From positions 2,656,001-2,720,000 of the forward strand of contig CAWIAD010000002.1 of NCBI GenBank assembly GCA_963833985.1: a stretch of 64,000 nt of DNA, written 5' to 3'. Below, in pieces: positions 62,207-64,000 of the stretch. The translations under genes and the position numbers were made by a program. Every line of letters begins with the position of its first letter. Position 1 is the first letter of the stretch. The notes under the pieces are model-generated. The model was given only the letters and a program-made list of their open reading frames with translations, made no database searches and was not told the origin of the DNA. Source of the DNA: an uncultured Planctomycetaceae bacterium (GTDB taxonomy: Bacteria; Planctomycetota; Planctomycetia; Isosphaerales; Isosphaeraceae).

Positions 62207-64000
62207 ATGGTGCGCCTTTGTCTGGTTTCTCTGGTCATTCTCGTGATTGGCTCGGTAAGCCGGAATTCCTGTGCCAGCGGGTCGAAAGCGAAGCTTGTTC
62301 CCGCGGCGATCGTCGCGGCACATGACGCCACGTTCACCGAGCGGCTCGCGGCCCGGGAAATCCGCCGTTACGTGTATCTTCGGTCCGGGCGCTTGTTGCC
62401 CCTCCTCGAACAGCCGGAAGCGGGCAAGAGCGGCCTGGTCGTCGTCGGCAGCAAGCAGAATGCCCTGGTTCGAGCATTGCTCGAACAGCGGATCCCGCGG
62501 GATGCCGCACTGGGCCTCGCCAGTACGCAGGATCTGGGACCGGAGCAATATGTGTTGACATATGCGTCCTGGAACGGGCGGCAGGTCTTGCTGGTTGCCG
62601 GCGGCGACCCCGTGGGCACACTCTACGGGGCCTATCGTCTGGCCGAACGTCTGGGTGTGCGATTCTCTCTGCACGGCGATGTCGTCCCCGATCGCCGCAT
62701 CGGTCCTGAGTTGCCTGCACTGTGCGAGCGGGGCAAGCCGCTCTTCGCGGTCCGGGGCATCCAGCCCTTCCATGATTTCCCCGAAGGACCGGACTGGTGG
62801 AACCTCGACGCCTACAAGGCTTACATCGGCCAGCTTCCCAAGCTGGGCATGAACTTCCTCGGCCTGCACACCTATCCCGAGGGAGGCGTGGGGCCGGAGC
62901 CGCTGACCTGGATTGGCACACCCGGCGAGATCGCTCAGGGCGGGCGCGTGCGGGCCAGCTACCCGGCCCGGCACTTCACCACCCTGAGCGGGACCTGGGG
63001 CTACGCGCCCATGAAGACCGGCGATTACCTGTTCGGCGCGGCGGAGCTGTTCGATCGCGACGACTTCGGTGCTGACTACATGAAGGGGATGACGCCCTGG
63101 CCGCACTCGCCTGACGCCGAGAACGAGCTCTTCGACCGCATGGGCCGCCTGCTCGACGCAGCGTTCGGCGAGGCGCGCGCGCTGGGCGTGAAGACGTGCC
63201 TGGGCACCGAGACACCGCTTGTCATCCCCGCGCGAGTGCAGGCCCGGTTGAAGCAGGCGGGGAAGAACCCCGCGGCCCCGGCTGTTGTTCAGGAGCTGTA
63301 CGAGGGGATATTCCGGCGCATCGGGCAGACGCACCCGCTGGACTATTACTGGCTCTGGACGCCCGAATCCTGGACCTGGAGCGCGGTCAGCCAGTCCCAG
63401 ATCGACGCCACGCTCGCCGACCTCCGCGCGGCGGTCGCCGCCCACGGCAAGGTCCGTCCCCGGTTCACGCTGGCCACCTGCGGCTGGGTGCTCGGACCGC
63501 CCCAGCAACCGGCCCTGTTCGACCACTTCCTGCCGCCGGAGATGCCCATGAGCTGCATCAACCGCCAGGTGGGGAACACGCCGGTCGAGCCGGGATTCGC
63601 GCAGGTCAGCGGCCGACCGAAGTGGGCGATTCCCTGGCTCGAAGACGACCCCGGTTTGACCTCGATCCAGCTCTGGGCAGGGCGAATGCGGAAGGACGCG
63701 GCCAATGCGCTGGAGTACGGCTGCACGGGCCTGGTGGGCATTCACTGGCGGACCCGAGTGCTGGGCCCCACCGTGGCCGCCCTCGCCGCGGCCGCCTGGG
63801 AGGCACCGCGCGTGGCGAAGAGCACTGGCACTGCGGCCCCAGGTTCCCGTAACGCGGGCCAGGCCACACCCCGCTACCTTCCGGCTGACGACCTGTTCAC
63901 CGACTGGGCCGAGATCCAGTTTGGCGCCGAGGTGGGCCGCCCGGCGGCGGCGCTCTTCAGCCGGCTCGATTGCCACATGACCAGGCCGATCGACTGGACG
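62207..64000 (+). CDS. Secreted glycoside-hydrolase-like protein (GH20/GH67-type N-domain + barrel), 3'-truncated by the window
   Basis: Not in the ORF track. Hand translation gives MVRLCLVSLVILVIG..., LAAREIRRY, GGDPVGTLYGAYRLAE, RGIQPFHDFPEGPDWW, and the same frame is still open near the window end. Confidence 0.75.
   Translation, partial: MVRLCLVSLVILVIGSVSRNSCASGSKAKLVPAAIVAAHDATFTERLAAREIRRYVYLRSGRLLPLLEQPEAGKSGLVVVGSKQNALVRALLEQRIPRDAALGLASTQDLGPEQYVLTYASWNGRQVLLVAGGDPVGTLYGAYRLAERLGVRFSLHGDVVPDRRIGPELPALCERGKPLFAVRGIQPFHDFPEGPDWWNLDAYKAYIGQLPKLGMNFLGLHTYPEGGVGPEPLTWIGTPGEIAQGGRVRASYPARHFTTLSGTWGYAPMKTGDYLFGAAELFDRDDFGADYMKGMTPWPHSPDAENELFDRMGRLLDAAFGEARALGVKTCLGTETPLVIPARVQARLKQAGKNPAAPAVVQELYEGIFRRIGQTHPLDYYWLWTPESWTWSAVSQSQIDATLADLRAAVAAHGKVRPRFTLATCGWVLGPPQQPALFDHFLPPEMPMSCINRQVGNTPVEPGFAQVSGRPKWAIPWLEDDPGLTSIQLWAGRMRKDAANALEYGCTGLVGIHWRTRVLGPTVAALAAAAWEAPRVAKSTGTAAPGSRNAGQATPRYLPADDLFTDWAEIQFGAEVGRPAAALFSRLDCHMTRPIDWT

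Noticed and set aside
61886..63976. 809-aa minus-strand ORF
   Set aside because: It is the antisense shadow of the + strand glycosidase-like gene starting at 62207; only the last 112 codons look like a real protein.
1..64000. tRNA, rRNA, prophage or reverse-transcriptase genes
   Set aside because: None recognised by eye; a covariance-model scan would be needed to exclude small RNAs formally.

Overview
GC-rich bacterial chromosomal window, most likely from a planctomycete of the Isosphaeraceae type. This assignment is an inference from three LEPRxLL-leader proteins, an ECF sigma factor with a very long C-terminal extension, and a HEAT-repeat protein paired with a Tat-exported Gfo/Idh/MocA protein. 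Most of the window is housekeeping and envelope or sugar-catabolic genes (cinA, truD, RluA family, rsmE, guaC, tsaD, S41 protease, rsmD, def, GH3 and other glycosidase-like genes, and an ApbE-DUF2271-PepSY flavinylation module). About ten ordinary genes carry indel frameshifts, probably consensus errors. Two complete IS elements have readable ends: an ISKra4-family element at 23871-25610 (9-bp TSD) and an ISAzo13-family element at 46879-48231 (TAA TSD) inserted in the last codons of a PIN-type toxin. The most unusual feature is a cassette-like array at about 46.4-50.9 kb. It has three direct copies of a non-coding unit made of a 76-nt leader, a GTAG-type REP doublet and, in two copies, a Y1-transposase-like tail ending in GTCCCC. 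These copies alternate with cargo (a toxin-antitoxin pair and a yhcG/DUF1016 nuclease) joined at C-run junctions. All family assignments come from motif recognition by eye; no database search was run.
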